Assembly (NCBI GenBank): GCA_040755455.1
Contig: JBFMAY010000010.1
Location: forward strand, 32,012 to 96,011
Direction: 5' to 3'
DNA: 64,000 nucleotides
Source of the DNA: Thermodesulfobacteriota bacterium
GTDB taxonomy: Bacteria > Desulfobacterota > Desulfobulbia > Desulfobulbales > SURF-16
Shown here: positions 61,768 to 64,000 of the stretch, one piece after another
Numbering within the stretch: position 1 is the first letter of the stretch
Layout: the number at the start of each line of letters is the position of its first letter
Made by a program: the position numbers and the translations under genes
The notes under the pieces: model-generated
What the model was told of the DNA's origin: nothing
The model's input: the letters and a program-made list of their open reading frames with translations, nothing else
Databases searched by the model: none

Positions 61768-63240
61768 TTATTTATGCGAGGGAAAAAGCAGCTGGAGCGT
61801 GTTCAACAGGCGCGCATGAATATTGTCAAATCCGCCATTGGACAATATGGCTACCACATCACGGGGGCGCATGATGGCGGCAAGATAGTCGAGAATCAGG
61901 TCGGTGTTCGGGAAGTAATGTCCGTCCACCCCTCTCGCCTGGAGTCCGGCGACCAGCTCTTTGGCTGAAAAACGCTGATCCTCCGGCACTGCTGTCAAGA
62001 CATCCGGCTCCTTGACCAGCACCACATCGGCTGGGTCAAAGACGCTCAGATAATCCTGCTGAAAAACCCGCCTCCTGCTCGAATTGGTGCGCGGCTCAAA
62101 TACTGCGAGCAGGCGCTGGCCTTCATAAGCGGCGCTGAGGGCGGAGAGAGTCTCCCGCACAGCAGTCGGGTGATGGGCAAAATCATCGATCACGGTCACC
62201 TCACCCACAACCCCACGTACCTCCTGGCGCCGCCTTACCCCAGTAAACAGCCGCAGCTCGCGGGCGATGACATCCGGGGCCAGCCCCAGATGCTCCAGTA
62301 CCGCTATCACGGCAAGACTGTTCAAACAATTATGTCTACCGGGCATGACCGTAGTGAACGTGCCAAAGGACTTGCCGCGGCGCATGGCCACAAAGGAACT
62401 CCCGCCCCTGGCACAACTGACTTCAGACAGACACCAGTCATATTCCGGCATCTGCCCATAGCCGACAACCCGGCAGGGCGCGGCGGCCATCAGCTCGTTG
62501 ACCACCGGATCATCAAGATGGGCCACCAGACAGCCATCTGACGGCATAATGGCAATCAGCTTGCGGAAGGAACTTTTTACGGCCTCAAGATCGGCGTAAA
62601 TATCGGCATGATCAAACTCGATACTGGTAATGACGGCAATGGAGGGCCGGTAATGGAGAAATTTCGGCCCTTTGTCAAAAAAGGCCGTATCATATTCGTC
62701 ACCCTCCACCACAAAAAAAGGCCCATCACCAACCCGGAAATTACGACCAAAGGCCTGGACAATTCCGCCGATCATGAATCCGGGTTCATATCCAGCCCCA
62801 TAGAGCATGGTGGCCAGCAAGGAGGATGTGGTGGTTTTGCCATGGGTGCCTGCCACCACCAGGGATTTTTTTGCGGCAAGAAACTGATGGCTGAGCAGCT
62901 GGGGAAATGACAGATAGGGAATGCGCAGTTCGGCCAGGGCAAAGGCTTCGGGATTTTTACGGGTGATGACATTGCCGACTATGACCAGATCGGGCCTGGG
63001 ATCAAGATTCTCGCCACGGTACCCCTCAAGGATAGGGATGCCGGTGCGGGCCAGAAAATCACTCATGGGAGGATAAACATGACTGTCCGAACCGGATACC
63101 TGGTAACCAAGGCTCTTCAGCATACCTGCCATGGCGGCCATGCCGGTGCCACACACCCCCATGAGGTGGATATGGCGGACGGAGTCAGGAAAGATATTCA
63201 GAGAGGGATCAAGCATTGCCTCGCCGCGCAAATCCGTCAT
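61768..63240 (-). CDS. mpl: Murein peptide ligase Mpl (MurC-like)
   Basis: GVCGTGM, VYPPMS, GTHGKTTT, EGDEYDTAFFDK, DDFAHHPTA, FEPRTNS, SNGGF; start may be 63216. Confidence 0.9.
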   Translation of the reverse strand: MTDLRGEAMLDPSLNIFPDSVRHIHLMGVCGTGMAAMAGMLKSLGYQVSGSDSHVYPPMSDFLARTGIPILEGYRGENLDPRPDLVIVGNVITRKNPEAFALAELRIPYLSFPQLLSHQFLAAKKSLVVAGTHGKTTTSSLLATMLYGAGYEPGFMIGGIVQAFGRNFRVGDGPFFVVEGDEYDTAFFDKGPKFLHYRPSIAVITSIEFDHADIYADLEAVKSSFRKLIAIMPSDGCLVAHLDDPVVNELMAAAPCRVVGYGQMPEYDWCLSEVSCARGGSSFVAMRRGKSFGTFTTVMPGRHNCLNSLAVIAVLEHLGLAPDVIARELRLFTGVRRRQEVRGVVGEVTVIDDFAHHPTAVRETLSALSAAYEGQRLLAVFEPRTNSSRRRVFQQDYLSVFDPADVVLVKEPDVLTAVPEDQRFSAKELVAGLQARGVDGHYFPNTDLILDYLAAIMRPRDVVAILSNGGFDNIHARLLNTLQLLFPSHK

Positions 63241-63428
63241 GACCTGACGGTGCCCACAACCTTCTTATAGACCTGCTCGAAAGTTTCATCAAAATTTGCC
63301 GGAGAAAGGCGGCCCACCTCAATGAACTTGACGATTATCTCTTTGGTGACTTTTAAAATCGCCTCATCCGTAACCGGCTTCTCCTGCATTTTCCCCTGGG
63401 TGGCGATATGATTTTTTTCAGCTGACAT
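63237..63428 (-). CDS. Small hypothetical protein (63 aa)
   Basis: GGGAG RBS before ATG 63428; amphipathic KVTKEIIVKFIEVGRLSPANF; stop overlaps the mpl start. Confidence 0.75.
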   Translation of the reverse strand: MSAEKNHIATQGKMQEKPVTDEAILKVTKEIIVKFIEVGRLSPANFDETFEQVYKKVVGTVRS

Positions 63429-63916
63429 GGTGAACTCCCAGTGCATAAGCGGCACAATAAAAAAAAGCCTCTGCGGTGTAAAGAAGGCCAATTCTTGAAG
63501 TACCGTCAGAGGCTATCTTCAATATGAGGAAAAACTTAAAAGCCCCTCCCGATTAAAGATAGGTCAATAGTAACAGATAATAACGCCTTTGACTATACCC
63601 AATGCTGAGCGAAAAGTAAAGCCGGGCAAAAGCGCAATACGGTAGTCTAACGGGCAACGCCCGGTGGAGGCAAAGGTGAATCCTGCAATAAACTGATAAC
63701 TAAAATACTCGAATGTAGCCTTTGGGGAAATATAAAGATAATATGTTGGTTTTATTACTGAAATATCCCAGACCGTTAAAACCACCCCACAATGAACAGT
63801 GCCGGACAAAAAAACCCGCTCAGCTTTGGGCCTTGCGGGTTATTCGAACGGTAACGCGCACCGTTGTTCTGTCGTAAGCGCCAAATAAAGCGCTTCTTTT
63901 CAGCGGTTGCAGAATC

Positions 63917-63932
63917 TGGCATGCTGAGCGCC
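63917..63932 (+). promoter_or_regulatory. Possible sigma54 promoter
   Basis: TGGCATGCTGAGCGCC (GG-N10-GC) upstream of an AGGAGG RBS. Confidence 0.35.
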
Positions 63933-63958
63933 TGAACTTTATCACAGGAGGCACCAGC

Positions 63959-64000
63959 ATGCAGAACGAAATCATTACACATCAGTTCCGTTCAAGAGCG
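63959..64000 (+). CDS. 5' end of a gene truncated by the window edge (MQNEIITHQFRSRA...)
   Basis: CAGGAGG RBS then ATG, frame open to the window end. Confidence 0.55.
   Translation, partial: MQNEIITHQFRSRA

Noticed and set aside
63620..63665. c-di-GMP (GEMM) riboswitch or other ncRNA at CCGGGC...GCCCGG
   Set aside because: Only one short stem and scattered motif fragments; the two-hairpin architecture is not present.

Overview
Chromosomal, mostly core-genome segment of a flagellated Desulfobacterota-like bacterium. Gene content and order suggest Desulfobulbales; this is an inference, not a database result. From left to right the window holds: a small Smr protein; an unusual 755-aa AAA+ ATPase; tRNA-Arg(ACG); small accessory genes and an orphan HAMP histidine kinase; DUF362; a candidate sigma54-driven small RNA; aconitase; a flagellar export/switch cluster (fliL-fliM-fliN-fliO-fliP-fliQ-fliR-flhB-flhA-flhF-flhG-fliA-cheY plus a second FliL-like gene); a nitrogen cluster (amtB-PII-glnD-glnA type III); an exonuclease, a second Smr, NifX-family, TPR and PAS-kinase genes; a long minus-strand run rimP-nusA-ylxR-infB-rbfA-nrnA-truB-rpsO-pnp-M16 peptidase-dut-MBL-cbiR-cobT-cobS; tRNA-Gly(CCC); a nuoABCDHIJK-[MrpD-like]-[small]-[MrpD/NuoL-like]-nuoMN operon lacking nuoEFG; and mpl. 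I saw no integrase, transposase, prophage or CRISPR array. Best candidates for new biology: (1) a ~75-nt sigma54-dependent sRNA (6690-6764, minus strand) with an anti-Shine-Dalgarno seed, an IHF site and triplicated upstream activator boxes; (2) a headless complex I with four antiporter-type pumping subunits and an apparently lengthened lateral helix; (3) a shared TATTACA-N4-TGTAATA operator upstream of amtB (inside a perfect 19-bp inverted repeat) and of glnA; (4) the orphan AAA+ ATPase; (5) a CbiR cobamide-remodelling cassette appended to the translation supraoperon. All product calls come from motif recognition by eye.
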